Of a DNA stretch of 64,000 nt, positions 10,670 through 21,395 are shown piece by piece (the stretch's first letter is position 1; every line of letters begins with the position of its first letter). The notes under the pieces were generated by a model. It did no database searches. It worked only from the letters and a program-made list of their open reading frames with translations, and was not told where the DNA came from. The stretch is from contig JAUSBL010000112.1 of NCBI GenBank assembly GCA_030658975.1, positions 14,248 through 78,247 of the forward strand, read 5' to 3'. The translations under genes were made by a program, and so were the position numbers. Source of the DNA: Candidatus Latescibacterota bacterium. Its GTDB lineage: Bacteria > Krumholzibacteriota > Krumholzibacteriia > LZORAL124-64-63.

Positions 10670-11698
10670 ATGCAGGAGACGCTGGACCGCCTGCGGGCCG
10701 AAGGCCGTGCCCTGATCGAGGGCGCGGACTCGGAACAGGCCATCGAGCAGGTGCGGGTCGCGCTGTTCGGGCGCAAGGGTTCCCTGACCGGGCTCTTGCG
10801 CGGACTGCGCGAAGTGCCCGACGCGGAGCGCCCCGCCGCGGGCGCGGCCCTCAACGAGCTGAAGCAGGAACTCGAGGACGCGCTGACGCGCAAGACCGAG
10901 GGCCTGCGCACGGCCGGCGATTCCGTCGCCGGCGCCGGCGCGGACCTGAGCCTGCCCGGCACGCCGCCCGCGCCCGCGGGCTCGCTGCACCCGCTACCCG
11001 CGATCGTGCGCGAGGTCTGCGACATCTTCCACGGCATGGGGTTCAGCGTGGCCGGCGGCCCGGACGTCGAGCTCGACTGGTACAACTTCACGGCCCTGAA
11101 CTTCCCCGACGACCACCCCGCGCGCGACAGCCAGGACACGTTCTACATCGACGACAAGCTGCTGCTGCGCACGCAGACCTCGCCGGTGCAGGTGCGCTAC
11201 ATGGAGCAGCACCGCCCGCCGCTGGCGATCGTCGCGCCGGGCCGGGTGTACCGCAACGAGGCGGTCGACGCCTCGCACGCCGCCGAGTTCTTCCAGATCG
11301 AGGGCCTCTGCGTGGACAAGGACGTCACGCTGGCCGACCTCAAGACGACCGTGCGCGAGTTCCTGCGCCTGCTCTACGGCGCCGACTGCGCCATCCGCTT
11401 CCGGCCGCACTTCTTCCCCTTCACCGAGCCTTCGGTGGAGGTGGACATGCGCTGCTTCGCCTGCGGCGGCGCCGGCTGCGGCGTCTGCGGCCGCACGGGC
11501 TGGATCGAGATCATGGGCGCCGGCATGGTGCACCCCAACGTGTTCGCCGCCGCGGGCTACGAGCGCGACGCGTACACGGGCTTCGCCTTCGGCCTGGGGA
11601 TCGACCGCATCGCCATGCTGCGCTACGGCATCGACGACATCCGCCTGCTCTACGAGAACGACCTGCGCTTCCTCCATCAGTTCCGGGGTGTGCGGTGA
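10670..11698 (+). CDS. pheS: phenylalanine--tRNA ligase alpha subunit
   Basis: Class II motifs, [12 protein letters not shown], zinc-ribbon [24 protein letters not shown]. Confidence 0.95.
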   Translation: MQETLDRLRAEGRALIEGADSEQAIEQVRVALFGRKGSLTGLLRGLREVPDAERPAAGAALNELKQELEDALTRKTEGLRTAGDSVAGAGADLSLPGTPPAPAGSLHPLPAIVREVCDIFHGMGFSVAGGPDVELDWYNFTALNFPDDHPARDSQDTFYIDDKLLLRTQTSPVQVRYMEQHRPPLAIVAPGRVYRNEAVDASHAAEFFQIEGLCVDKDVTLADLKTTVREFLRLLYGADCAIRFRPHFFPFTEPSVEVDMRCFACGGAGCGVCGRTGWIEIMGAGMVHPNVFAAAGYERDAYTGFAFGLGIDRIAMLRYGIDDIRLLYENDLRFLHQFRGVR

Positions 11699-14154
11699 AG
11701 ATCAGTCTGAACTGGCTGCGCGACTTCGTGACGTGGGACTGGACCCCCGAGGAGCTGGCCCACCGCCTGACCATGGCCGGGCTCAACGTCGAGTCCGTGA
11801 CACCGTACGTGAGGGAGTTCCCCGGCGTCGTCACCGCGCGGGTGACCGACTGCCGCCGCCATCCCGACGCCGACAAGCTCAGCCTCTGCACGGTCGACGA
11901 CGGCACCGGCGAGCCGCTGCAGGTCGTCTGCGGCGCCGCCAACGTGCAGGCGGGGCAGGACGTGTTCCTGGCCCGCGTCGGGGCCGTCCTGCCGGGCGAC
12001 CTGCGCATCCGCAAGTCGAAGATCCGCGGCGTGGAGTCGCAGGGCATGATCTGCTCGGCCTCCGAGCTGCAGCTCGCTGCCGAGAGCGAGGGCATCCTGG
12101 TCCTGGAGGGCTCCCCGGCGCCGGGCACGCCCGCAGATGGGCTGATCGGCTGCCGCGACACCGTGCTGGACATCGAGGTGACCCCGAACCGTCCCGACTG
12201 GCTCAGCCACTTCGGCGTCGCCCGCGAGGTGGCGGCCATCAGCGGACACCTGCTGGACGGGCCCGCCCTGTGGTCGCCGCCCAAGACGGGCGGGGACCGC
12301 CCCGACTTCCCGGTGGAGATCGCCGACTTCGCCGACTGCCCGCGGTACACCGCCCACGTGGCGCGCGGCGTCAAGATCGGTCCGTCGCCGCGCTGGCTCC
12401 AGGACCGCCTGCTCGCGGTCGGGTCGCGCCCCATCAACAACGTGGTGGACGTCACCAACTACGTCCTGCTCGAGCTCGGGCAGCCCCTGCACGCCTTCGA
12501 CCTGAAGAAGCTGTCCGGCAACCGCCTGTCGGTGAGGCGCGGCAAGGCCGGCACCAGGCTCATCACCCTCGACGGGATCGAGCGCGCGCTGGCTCCCGAG
12601 GATCTGGTGATCGCCGACGCCGCTGGGCCGGTCGCGCTGGCCGGCGTGATGGGCGGCGCGGACTCCCAGGTCGACATCAACACGGTGGAGATCCTGCTCG
12701 AGAGCGCCTACTTCGATCCCGGCGCCGTGCGCCGCGGCGCCCGTCGGCACCAGCTGTCCACCGAGGCCTCCTACCGCTTCGAGCGCGGCGCCGACTGGGA
12801 CGCGGTCGAGGACGCCGCGCACCGCGCCCTGCACCTGCTGCAGGAGCTGGCCGCCGCGCGCATCGATCCCACCGTCGTGGACCGCCAGAACCCCGACCGG
12901 CGCGAAGAGGCGCCGCTGACCATCCGCGTCGCCCAGGCCAACCGCCTGCTGGGCACGGAACTCTCGATGTCCGAGATGCTCGCGCTGCTGCAGTCGATCG
13001 GCCTGAAGTCGCAGCCCGTGGGCCGCAGCGGGGGCCGCCAGGGCGGCGACGGCAAGTTCATGGTCACGATCCCCAGCTTCCGGCGGGACCTGCACGAGGA
13101 GGTCGATCTCATCGAGGAGATCGCCCGCATGCACGGTTTCGACAACATCGCCGACGGCGCGGCCTTCCGCGGCGGCGCCGGCGTCCGGCGGCGTCGGGAA
13201 GATGAACTGGCCGAGACCGTGCGCGGCTACCTGGCCGCGGTCGGCTACAGCGAGATCGTCACCAGTTCGTTCATGGAGCGCGCCGACCTCGACCGCCTCG
13301 GCCTGACCGCCGACGACCCCCGCCGCGAGATGCTGGCCGTCCGCAACCCGCATTCCGGGGCCGAGACCCTGCTGCGCACGACGCTGGTGCCGTCGCTGCT
13401 GCGCATCGCCCGGCACAACGTGAACGCGGACCGCGATCTGCCCTTCCGGCTCTTCCAGCTGAACAAGGCCTTCCTGCCCGGCGGCCGCCGGGCGCAGGAG
13501 GTGCGCCACGAGGACGAACGACGCCTGCCGCAGGAGACCTGGACGCTGCAGGCCGCCGTGGTCGGCCGCACCGACCGCGTCCTGGGCGACGCCGACGCCG
13601 GGCTGCTGGAGATCAAGGGCCTGCTGGAGGCCCTCGCCTCCCAGATGCGCATGCCGCTGACGCTGACGCCCGCCGACGCCGAGCCCTACCTGCAGCCGGG
13701 TTGCCAGTGGGCGATCCGCGACGCCCGGGGGAGGGCCGCCGGCTCCGCCGGGCTCCTGGCACGCAAGGTGCTGCGGGAAATGGATCTGGACGCCCCGGTC
13801 GCCCTCTGCGAGATCGAGCTCGGGGAACTGGAGCTGGAGACCTCGGCGCCGCGCTTCACGGCCTTCCCGCGCTTCCCGGCCGCCAAGCGGGACCTTTCGC
13901 TGATCGTGCCCGACGGCGTCGGCTACGACCGCGTGGAAGAGGTCGTCCGGGGCGCCGCGGGACCCCTGCTGCAGTCCTGCGCGCTGTTCGACGTCTACCG
14001 GGGCCCCGGGGTGGGCGAGGGGCGCGCAGCCTGTGGAATTCGCTTGAAGTTCCAGAGCGCCAAGGGTAGTTTGCAGGGACAGGCGGTCGAGACGGCGCTC
14101 GCGGCCGTGACCGAGGCCCTGGCCCGGACCTTGAATGTTGAGTTGAGGGGATAG
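11695..14154 (+). CDS. pheT: phenylalanine--tRNA ligase beta subunit
   Basis: GTG start overlaps the pheS stop (GTGA). [12 protein letters not shown]..., tRNA-binding, B3/B4, B5 and FDX-ACB domains. Confidence 0.95.
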   Translation: MKISLNWLRDFVTWDWTPEELAHRLTMAGLNVESVTPYVREFPGVVTARVTDCRRHPDADKLSLCTVDDGTGEPLQVVCGAANVQAGQDVFLARVGAVLPGDLRIRKSKIRGVESQGMICSASELQLAAESEGILVLEGSPAPGTPADGLIGCRDTVLDIEVTPNRPDWLSHFGVAREVAAISGHLLDGPALWSPPKTGGDRPDFPVEIADFADCPRYTAHVARGVKIGPSPRWLQDRLLAVGSRPINNVVDVTNYVLLELGQPLHAFDLKKLSGNRLSVRRGKAGTRLITLDGIERALAPEDLVIADAAGPVALAGVMGGADSQVDINTVEILLESAYFDPGAVRRGARRHQLSTEASYRFERGADWDAVEDAAHRALHLLQELAAARIDPTVVDRQNPDRREEAPLTIRVAQANRLLGTELSMSEMLALLQSIGLKSQPVGRSGGRQGGDGKFMVTIPSFRRDLHEEVDLIEEIARMHGFDNIADGAAFRGGAGVRRRREDELAETVRGYLAAVGYSEIVTSSFMERADLDRLGLTADDPRREMLAVRNPHSGAETLLRTTLVPSLLRIARHNVNADRDLPFRLFQLNKAFLPGGRRAQEVRHEDERRLPQETWTLQAAVVGRTDRVLGDADAGLLEIKGLLEALASQMRMPLTLTPADAEPYLQPGCQWAIRDARGRAAGSAGLLARKVLREMDLDAPVALCEIELGELELETSAPRFTAFPRFPAAKRDLSLIVPDGVGYDRVEEVVRGAAGPLLQSCALFDVYRGPGVGEGRAACGIRLKFQSAKGSLQGQAVETALAAVTEALARTLNVELRG

Positions 14155-14210
14155 CCGCATCTTCGGGTGATCGGCGAATCTATCCCCGCAACTGGAAGGC
14201 GATCAAAGAG

Positions 14211-14483
14211 ATGCAGGATAACAGCTTCGAGCTGTTGGAAGCGAAGGTCATGACCGCCATCAGGCGGATCCAGGAACTCAAGTCCGAGAACGAGGACCTG
14301 GTCAGCCGGCGGGACGCACTTGAGAGGCAGGTCGAAGCCCTCAAGTTAGAAGTGAGCCGGGCGGAGGGGGAACTCTCCGTTGCCCGGCAACAGGCTGCGG
14401 TTGTCGTCCAGTGGGAGGACAAGCGCAGACTCATCGAGGAGAAGGTGGGAGGCCTCCTGGAATCGCTCGGGTCCCTCGACTGA
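14211..14483 (+). CDS. zapB: ZapB-like coiled-coil cell-division protein
   Basis: 90-aa all-coiled-coil protein with FELLEAKV..AI..I..L pattern resembling ZapB, directly upstream of zapA. SD GGAAGG. Confidence 0.55.
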   Translation: MQDNSFELLEAKVMTAIRRIQELKSENEDLVSRRDALERQVEALKLEVSRAEGELSVARQQAAVVVQWEDKRRLIEEKVGGLLESLGSLD

Positions 14484-14548
14484 CGATCGCGTCGGACGTG
14501 GGTCGCGGACGGGCGCCAGGTCGCCGGAGCCGTCGGGAAGTGCATAGG

Positions 14549-14842
14549 ATGACCGATCCCCGAAGCGTGACGGTGTCCATCTACGGCCGCGACTACACCC
14601 TCAAGGGTGAGGCCGAACCGGCTTACGTCCAGAAGGTCGCGGCCCTGGTCGACCAGAAGATGCGCGAGATCGCGGACCAATCCGCCCTGGCCTCCACCAG
14701 CAAGGTGGCGATCCTGGTGGCGGTGAATCTGGCCGACGAGTTGCTGCGGGAACGTCAGAAGCATCAGCAGGCCCTCTCTCTGCTGGACGAGCGGACGGGG
14801 CAGATCACCGCGTTCCTGGACAAGGAGATGGAGAAGCTCTGA
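14549..14842 (+). CDS. zapA: cell division protein ZapA
   Basis: VTVSIYGRDYTLKGEAEPAYVQKVAALVDQKMREI matches the ZapA fold. Internal ATG chosen because the upstream part of the ORF is RG-rich junk. Confidence 0.75.
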   Translation: MTDPRSVTVSIYGRDYTLKGEAEPAYVQKVAALVDQKMREIADQSALASTSKVAILVAVNLADELLRERQKHQQALSLLDERTGQITAFLDKEMEKL

Positions 14843-15104
14843 GGATCGACCGGAAAGGATTCCCTGCCTGGCCCGTGATGTGTCGCGTTCATTGAGCCAA
14901 CAATTTCGTGATGGGATTCCGGAGTTCCGTCCCCGAGGCCAGACCCGCGAGGGCAGGCCGAAGAGGCGGGCAGGAGACCCGACCTGAAGCAATGGTTCAA
15001 TTGCTTCCGGCCACACGACCCGGCGGGGAATCTCGATCCACAGCTGCGTCGACGGCGTCCGGTCCCCCCCTCTTTTTCCTTCCGTTCCCGGAAGGAGATA
15101 CATC

Positions 15105-16667
15105 ATGACGACGATCTACGTCGCGGTCGGGGGAGTGCTCCTCGCGGGAGCCTGCCTCTTCGGCGGCTGGTTCCTGCACAAGTCGCGCTACGACCGCATC
15201 AGCGGCGACGCGGAGCAGCGCAGCGAGCGCGTCCTGGACGACGCCCGCCGCGAGGCGCAGAGCGTCCTGAAGTCCGCCGAGCTGAGCGCCCGCGAAGAGC
15301 TCTTCCAGTCCCGCCGCCGCTTCGAGACCGAGACCGAGGACACCCGCCGCGAACTGGCCAAGCGCACCGAGTTCCTGGACCAGCGCGACGCCGGCCTCGA
15401 CAAGAAGGTCGCCTACATCGACCAGAAGGAAGCCAAGCTCGAGAAGCGCGACCTCGAGCTCAAGGCCGGCCTGGACGAACTGGCGGGCATGCGCGAGGAA
15501 GCCGTCCTGCTGAAGCAGGAGCAGCGCCAGCGCCTCGAGCAGATCGCCGGCCTGAGCGCCGAGAAGGCCCGCCAGCAGCTCGAGGAGAAGATGATCGCCG
15601 AGGCCCGCATGAACGCGGCCCGGACGGTCAAGGAGGTCCGGGAGGACGCGGAGCGCCGGGCCCGCCGCGAATCGCAGCGCATCATCGGCATGGCCGTGCA
15701 GCGCTACGCCTCCGAACACATCGCCGAGATGTCGGTCTCGGTCGTCGACCTGCCCAACGACGACATGAAGGGCCGGATCATCGGGCGCGAGGGCCGCAAC
15801 ATCCGCGCCTTCGAGCTGGCCACGGGCGTCGACGTCATCATCGACGACACCCCCGAGGCGGTCATCATCTCCGGCTTCGATCCCGTCCGCCGGGAGATCG
15901 CCTGCCAGTCGCTGCAGCAGCTCATCCGCGACGGCCGCATCCACCCGGGCCGCATCGAGGAGGTCGTCCAGAAGACCACCGCCGAGATGCAGGAGCGCGT
16001 GCGCGAGATCGGCGAGCAGGCCTGCCTCGAGCTCGGCCTGGCCAACGTCAACCCCCAGCTGCACCCCTACATCGGACGGCTGCACTACCGCACCAGTTAC
16101 GGCCAGAACCTCCTGCTGCACAGCAAGGAGGTGGCCGCGATCTCCGCGATGATCGCCGGGGAGCTCGGTCTCGATCCGAAGCTCGCCCGCCGCTGCGGCT
16201 TCCTGCACGACATCGGCAAGGCCGCCGACCACGAGGTCGACGGCCCCCACGCCCTGATCGGCGGCAAGCTGCTGCGCAAGCTGGGGGAGGCCACCGCGGT
16301 CATCAACGCCGTCGAGGGCCACCACCAGGACGTCGAGGCCGAGTCGGTCTACACTTTCCTGACCTCGGCCGCCGACGCGGTGTCGGCGTCGCGCCCCGGC
16401 GCCCGCCGCGAGAGCCTGGACAACTACGTCAAGCGCCTGGAGAGCCTCGAGAGGATCGCCGACAGCTTCGAGGGCGTCGAGAAGTCCTACGCGATCCAGG
16501 CCGGGCGCGAGGTGCGCATCCTGGTCAACCACAGCCTGGTCTCGGACGCCGAGGCGGTCGTGCTGGCCGAGGAGATCAGCCGCCGCGTCGAGGGCGAGCT
16601 GGAGTACCCCGGCCAGATCAAGATCATGGTGCTGCGGGAGACGCGCGCCGTCGCCTTCGCCCGCTGA
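15105..16667 (+). CDS. rny: ribonuclease Y
   Basis: N-terminal TM helix, coiled coil, KH domain (GRIIGREGRNIRAFE) and HD domain (HSKEVAAISAMIAGELG...FLHDIGKA). Confidence 0.9.
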   Translation: MTTIYVAVGGVLLAGACLFGGWFLHKSRYDRISGDAEQRSERVLDDARREAQSVLKSAELSAREELFQSRRRFETETEDTRRELAKRTEFLDQRDAGLDKKVAYIDQKEAKLEKRDLELKAGLDELAGMREEAVLLKQEQRQRLEQIAGLSAEKARQQLEEKMIAEARMNAARTVKEVREDAERRARRESQRIIGMAVQRYASEHIAEMSVSVVDLPNDDMKGRIIGREGRNIRAFELATGVDVIIDDTPEAVIISGFDPVRREIACQSLQQLIRDGRIHPGRIEEVVQKTTAEMQERVREIGEQACLELGLANVNPQLHPYIGRLHYRTSYGQNLLLHSKEVAAISAMIAGELGLDPKLARRCGFLHDIGKAADHEVDGPHALIGGKLLRKLGEATAVINAVEGHHQDVEAESVYTFLTSAADAVSASRPGARRESLDNYVKRLESLERIADSFEGVEKSYAIQAGREVRILVNHSLVSDAEAVVLAEEISRRVEGELEYPGQIKIMVLRETRAVAFAR

Positions 16668-16681
16668 CGGAGGTCCGCCGA

Positions 16682-17560
16682 ATGTCGAGCCTGTGCCTCG
16701 CCGGCGCCGCGGTCCGCGACGCCGTGTTCGAAGACCTGCGCGCCCGGACCGCCGCCTCGGGGCTGCGGCCCGGGCTGGCCGTGATCCTGGTCGGCGACGA
16801 TCCCGCCTCTCAGGCCTACGTGCGCAGCAAAGGCAAGGCCTGCGAGACCCTCGGCTTCCACCACGCGACCCACCGCCTGCCGGCCGACACCTCCGAGGCG
16901 GACCTGCTCGCGCTCGTCGGGCGCCTCAACCGGGATCCGGAGATCCACGGCATCCTGGTGCAGATCCCGCTGCCGCCGCACCTCTCGGCCGAGCGCGTCC
17001 AGCGCGCCGTCGCGCCCGCGAAGGACGTCGACGGCCTGCATCCCGAGAACCTCGGCCGGCTGCTCGCCGGCGTGACCGGCATCGTGCCCTGCACGCCTTT
17101 GGGCGTGACGGCGATGCTCGACCACTACGGCATCGGCGTCGCCGGCCGCCGCGTCGCGGTCGTCGGCCGCAGCGTGATCGTGGGCCGACCGCTGGCCATG
17201 CTCCTGTCGCGCAAGGGCGCCGGGGGAGACGCCACCGTCACCCTGTGCCACTCGCGCACGCCGGACCTGCCGCAGATCACCTCGCAGTGCGGGATCATCA
17301 TCGCCGCGCTGGGCGTGCCGGGATGCCTCGACCGCCGCCACGTCGCGCGCGGCGCCGTCGTCGTGGACGTCGGCATCAACCGGGTCGACGACCCGGAGTC
17401 CCCCAAGGGCCACCGCCTCGTCGGCGACGTGGCGCCCGAGGCCCTGGACGGCTGGGCCTCGGCCTACACGCCGGTGCCCGGCGGGGTCGGCCTGATGACG
17501 ATCGCCATGCTGATGCGCAACACCTACGAAGCTGCGGCCCTTCAGGCGGCCACGGCGTGA
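16682..17560 (+). CDS. folD: bifunctional methylenetetrahydrofolate dehydrogenase/cyclohydrolase
   Basis: PGLAVILVGDDPASQAYVRSKGKACETLGF...HGILVQIPLP...GVPGCL matches FolD. Confidence 0.95.
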   Translation: MSSLCLAGAAVRDAVFEDLRARTAASGLRPGLAVILVGDDPASQAYVRSKGKACETLGFHHATHRLPADTSEADLLALVGRLNRDPEIHGILVQIPLPPHLSAERVQRAVAPAKDVDGLHPENLGRLLAGVTGIVPCTPLGVTAMLDHYGIGVAGRRVAVVGRSVIVGRPLAMLLSRKGAGGDATVTLCHSRTPDLPQITSQCGIIIAALGVPGCLDRRHVARGAVVVDVGINRVDDPESPKGHRLVGDVAPEALDGWASAYTPVPGGVGLMTIAMLMRNTYEAAALQAATA

Positions 17561-18480
17561 CCGCCGTCGCCATATCCGCGGCGGAGCGCGTCGCACTGGA
17601 CGCGGCGCTGGCCGCCGACCGCCGCCTGGTCGAGGCCGCGCTGCGCCGCAGCCTGGCGCCGGCGCCCGGCTTCCCGCCGCGCCTGCGCCGGGCCATGGCG
17701 TACGCGGTGCTCGGCAGCGGCAAGCGGCTGCGCCCGCTGCTGCTGCTCTGGAGCTTCGACGCCCTGCGCACGCGCAGCGCCGCCCCGCGCGACGAGGCCC
17801 TGACGGCGGCCGTCGCCCTCGAGATGATCCACACGTACTCTCTCGTCCACGACGACCTGCCGGCGATGGACGACGACGTGCTGCGCCGCGGTCGGCCGAC
17901 CTGCCACGTCGCCTTCGACGAGGCGACCGCCATCCTGGCCGGGGACGGTCTGCAGGCCCTGGCTTTCGAACTCCTGGCCGGGATCCCGCGCCGCGGCGCC
18001 GACCTCGTGCGCATCGCGGCCGCGGCGGCCGGACCGGCCGGCATGGTGGGCGGCCAGCAGGAAGATCTCGACGCGGCGGACAAGCCGTTGACCGGCTCCC
18101 TGGTGCGGCGCATCCACGCCGGCAAGACGGCGCGGCTCATCGGCGCCCCGCTGGCCATGGGCGCCCTGCTGGCCGGCCGCGACGCCGGCACCGCGGCGGC
18201 CGCCGACCGAGCCGGTCGCGAGCTGGGCCTGGCTTTCCAGGCGGCGGACGATCTGCTCGACGTCGAGGGCGCGACCGCGGTCCTGGGCAAGACCGCGGGC
18301 AAGGACGCGGCCCAGGACAAGGCCACCTGGGTCCGACTGGAAGGCGCCGCCGCGGCGCGGGCCCGGACCGCCCGCCTCGGCCGGCGCGGCACCCTGTTGT
18401 TGCAGAAACAGCTGCCGTCCGGCCCGGAAAGCGCGCGCCTGCTGGCGCTGGTCCGCCTGCTCTGGGATCGCGACCGCTGA
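17557..18480 (+). CDS. ispA: polyprenyl diphosphate synthase (FPP/GGPP synthase, IspA-like)
   Basis: GTG overlaps the folD stop (GTGA). First Asp-rich motif LVHDDLPAMDDDVLRRG and second motif FQAADDLLDV. Classic ispA-dxs adjacency. Confidence 0.8.
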   Translation: MTAVAISAAERVALDAALAADRRLVEAALRRSLAPAPGFPPRLRRAMAYAVLGSGKRLRPLLLLWSFDALRTRSAAPRDEALTAAVALEMIHTYSLVHDDLPAMDDDVLRRGRPTCHVAFDEATAILAGDGLQALAFELLAGIPRRGADLVRIAAAAAGPAGMVGGQQEDLDAADKPLTGSLVRRIHAGKTARLIGAPLAMGALLAGRDAGTAAAADRAGRELGLAFQAADDLLDVEGATAVLGKTAGKDAAQDKATWVRLEGAAAARARTARLGRRGTLLLQKQLPSGPESARLLALVRLLWDRDR

Positions 18481-18596
18481 CCAAGCTGAAGTTGCGGCCC
18501 GTACCCGGGCCGGGTATGTTCTGTCCCTCTTCGGCCCCGGGCCCCCGCCCGGTCGCCTCACCCCAGCCTGGGCCGCTCCGCCGGCCGACGGGACCG

Positions 18597-20495
18597 ATGA
18601 AACGGATCCTCGACAAGCTCCAGCTCCCCGACGCCCTGGCCGGCCTGACGCCCGCCCAGCTGGAAGACGTGTGCGCCGAGCTGCGCGACGAGATCATCAC
18701 CACCGTGGCCTCGACCGGGGGGCACCTCGGGGCCAGCCTCGGGGTGGTCGAGCTGACCGTGGCGCTGCACCACGTCTTCCGCTCGCCCCGCGACAAGATC
18801 GTCTGGGACGTCGGCCACCAGGCCTACGGGCACAAGCTGCTGACGGGGCGGCGGACCAACTTCGGGACCCTGCGCCAGGAGTCGGGGATCAGCGGCTTCC
18901 CCAAGCGCTGCGAGAGCGTGCACGACCAGTTCGGCGTCGGCCACGCCAGCACCTCGATCAGCGCGGCCCTGGGCTTCGCCAAGGCCCGGGACCTGCGCGG
19001 CGGCGACGAATCCGTCATCGCCGTCATCGGCGACGGCGCCCTGACCGGCGGCCTGGCCTACGAGGGGCTCAACAACGCGGGCCAGCTGCAGTCGGACCTG
19101 ATCGTCGTTTTGAACGACAACGCGATGAGCATCTCGCCGAACGTGGGCGCCATCGCCAAGTACCTGACCACGATCACGTCCGGCCAGGTCTACACGCGCT
19201 TCGAAGCCGATCTCTGGAACATGCTCGGCATGCTGCCGCGCGGCCAGCTCGCACAGAAGCTGGCGAGCCGGATCAAGGAGGGCCTCAAGCAGGTCGTCGT
19301 CCCGACCATCCTGTTCGAGGAGCTGGGCTTCACCTACTTCGGTCCCATCGACGGGCACGACCTGCCGCTGCTGGTGCGGACCCTGCAGGCGGTGCGCAAG
19401 CTCAAGGGACCCGTGCTGATCCACGTCGTCACCCAGAAGGGCAAGGGCTACGCCTTCGCGGAAGAGGACTGCGCCCGCTACCACGGCGTGGGCAAGTTCG
19501 ACAAGGCCGAGGGAGTCAAGCCGGCGGCGCCGTCGGCCCCGAGCTACACCGACATCTTCAGCCGCGCGATGCTGGAGGCGGCGGCCGCCGATCCCCGGGT
19601 CGTGGCCATCACCGCGGCGATGCCCGACGGCACGGGCCTCAAGGCGTTCCGCGACCGCTACCCCGAACGTTTCTTCGACGTGGGCATCGCCGAGCAGCAC
19701 GCCGTCACCTTCGCCGCCGGCCTGGCCTGCGCCGGCATGCGCCCCGTGGTCGCGATCTACTCCACGTTCCTGCAGCGGGCCTACGACCAGGTGATCCACG
19801 ACGTGGCGCTGCAGAAGCTGCCGGTGGTGTTCGCCGTCGACCGCGGCGGCGTCGTGGGGGAGGACGGCCCGACCCACCACGGCGCCTTCGACCTCAGCTA
19901 CCTGCGCGCGGTGCCGAACCTCGTGCTCATGGCGCCGTCCGACGAGCAGGAACTGCGGCGCATGCTCGCCACCGGCCTGGCCCGCGAAGACGGGCCGAGC
20001 GCGCTGCGCTACCCGCGCGGCGCCGGTCTCGGCCGCGCGCTGCCGGACGCGGCGCCCCCGCTCGAGATCGGCCGCGCCGAGGTCCTGCGCGAGGGCCGCG
20101 ACGTCTGGCTGCTCGCCGCCGGCAGCATGGTGGCGCCCAGCCTCGGGGCGGCCGCGCTGCTGGAGGCCGAGGGCCTGTCCGTCGGCACGGTCAACATGCG
20201 CTTCATCAAGCCGCTGGACGCCGAGCTGCTGCGCCGCATCCTGGTCCCCGGCGTCCTCGCGGTCACCGTGGAGGAGAACTCCGTGGTGGGCGGCCTGGGC
20301 GCCGCCGTGCTCGAGTGGGCGGCCGCCCGCGGCGGCGAGCCCATGCCCGACGTGCTGACGCTCGGGCTGCCCGACCGGTTCCTCGAACAGGCCGCGCGGG
20401 ACGTGATCCTGCACGGCGTCGGACTCGACGCGGCAGCCATCGCGGACCGCGTCCGTCTGCGCTGCCGCGCGGGACGGGCCCGCGCAGCCACTTGA
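18597..20495 (+). CDS. dxs: 1-deoxy-D-xylulose-5-phosphate synthase
   Basis: MKRILDKLQLPDAL...GGHLGASLGVVELTVALHHVF...DVGHQAYGHKLLTGRR, TPP-binding and transketolase-like domains. Confidence 0.95.
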   Translation: MKRILDKLQLPDALAGLTPAQLEDVCAELRDEIITTVASTGGHLGASLGVVELTVALHHVFRSPRDKIVWDVGHQAYGHKLLTGRRTNFGTLRQESGISGFPKRCESVHDQFGVGHASTSISAALGFAKARDLRGGDESVIAVIGDGALTGGLAYEGLNNAGQLQSDLIVVLNDNAMSISPNVGAIAKYLTTITSGQVYTRFEADLWNMLGMLPRGQLAQKLASRIKEGLKQVVVPTILFEELGFTYFGPIDGHDLPLLVRTLQAVRKLKGPVLIHVVTQKGKGYAFAEEDCARYHGVGKFDKAEGVKPAAPSAPSYTDIFSRAMLEAAAADPRVVAITAAMPDGTGLKAFRDRYPERFFDVGIAEQHAVTFAAGLACAGMRPVVAIYSTFLQRAYDQVIHDVALQKLPVVFAVDRGGVVGEDGPTHHGAFDLSYLRAVPNLVLMAPSDEQELRRMLATGLAREDGPSALRYPRGAGLGRALPDAAPPLEIGRAEVLREGRDVWLLAAGSMVAPSLGAAALLEAEGLSVGTVNMRFIKPLDAELLRRILVPGVLAVTVEENSVVGGLGAAVLEWAAARGGEPMPDVLTLGLPDRFLEQAARDVILHGVGLDAAAIADRVRLRCRAGRARAAT

Positions 20496-20512
20496 TCAGA
20501 CAGGCGGCCGCC

Positions 20513-21394
20513 ATGCCGATCCGCAGACTGGGACTGTTCGGCAATCCGTCCAAGCCGGAGATAGCGGCGGCCGTCGCCGATGCCGCAGCCTGTTGCCGCC
20601 GCGCCGGCGTGCCCCTGCTGGCAGCCTCCGACCTCGCGCACATCGCCCCGGGCGTCGCGGCCGTCAGCGAAGAGGAACTGCCCGACCGCTGCGACGTCGT
20701 CGTCGCCTTCGGCGGCGACGGGACCATGCTGCGCGCGGCCCGCACGATCGGCCACCGCCCGACGCCTCTGCTCGGCATCAACCTGGGATCGCTGGGCTAC
20801 CTCACCGACGTTCCGCTCGCCGAACTCGTCACGAGCCTGGAACAGCTGTTCACCGGCGCCTACACGGTGGCCGAGCGCACGCGGATCCGCTGCCGGGTCC
20901 GGCGCGACGGCGGGGACGTCGTCCAGCTGGAGGCCCTCAACGATCTCGTGGTCAACATGGGCCCGCTGCCGCGCGCCCTGCTGATGGAGCTGCGCATCGA
21001 CCAGGTGACCCTGGGCCGCTTCCTGGGCGACGGCCTGATCGTCAGCACGCCGACGGGCTCCACCGCCTACAACCTGTCGGCCGGCGGGCCGATCGTGCAC
21101 CCGGGCGTGCACGGCTTCGTCGTGACGCCCATCTGTCCCCACAGCCTGGCGATCCGGCCCCTGCTGATCCCCGAGGACCGGACCGTCGAGCTGCGCTTCG
21201 CCGACGTGGGCCAGGGCGCGACCCTGACGGCGGACGGCCAGGCCGCCTGCTCGGTGGCCAGCGGCGACGTCATCCACTACAGCCGCGGCGAGCATCCCGT
21301 GCGGCTGGTCAAGTTCCCCCACAGCGACTTCTTCCTCGCCCTGCGCCACAAGCTCCAGTGGGGAGCGATCCAGCGCCGGCTGTCCGAGGAATGA
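20513..21394 (+). CDS. nadK: NAD kinase
   Basis: GGDGTMLRAAR, NLGSLGYL and STPTGSTAYNLSAGGPIV motifs. Confidence 0.9.
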   Translation: MPIRRLGLFGNPSKPEIAAAVADAAACCRRAGVPLLAASDLAHIAPGVAAVSEEELPDRCDVVVAFGGDGTMLRAARTIGHRPTPLLGINLGSLGYLTDVPLAELVTSLEQLFTGAYTVAERTRIRCRVRRDGGDVVQLEALNDLVVNMGPLPRALLMELRIDQVTLGRFLGDGLIVSTPTGSTAYNLSAGGPIVHPGVHGFVVTPICPHSLAIRPLLIPEDRTVELRFADVGQGATLTADGQAACSVASGDVIHYSRGEHPVRLVKFPHSDFFLALRHKLQWGAIQRRLSEE

Positions 21395-21395
21395 G

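Noticed and set aside
11677-14160. 827-aa minus-strand ORF antisense to pheT, and similar antisense ORFs opposite thrS (7313..9175), dxs (18558..20414) and the sensor gene (36568..39342)
   Set aside because: All are mirror images of well-conserved sense-strand genes and have RG-rich, repetitive translations.
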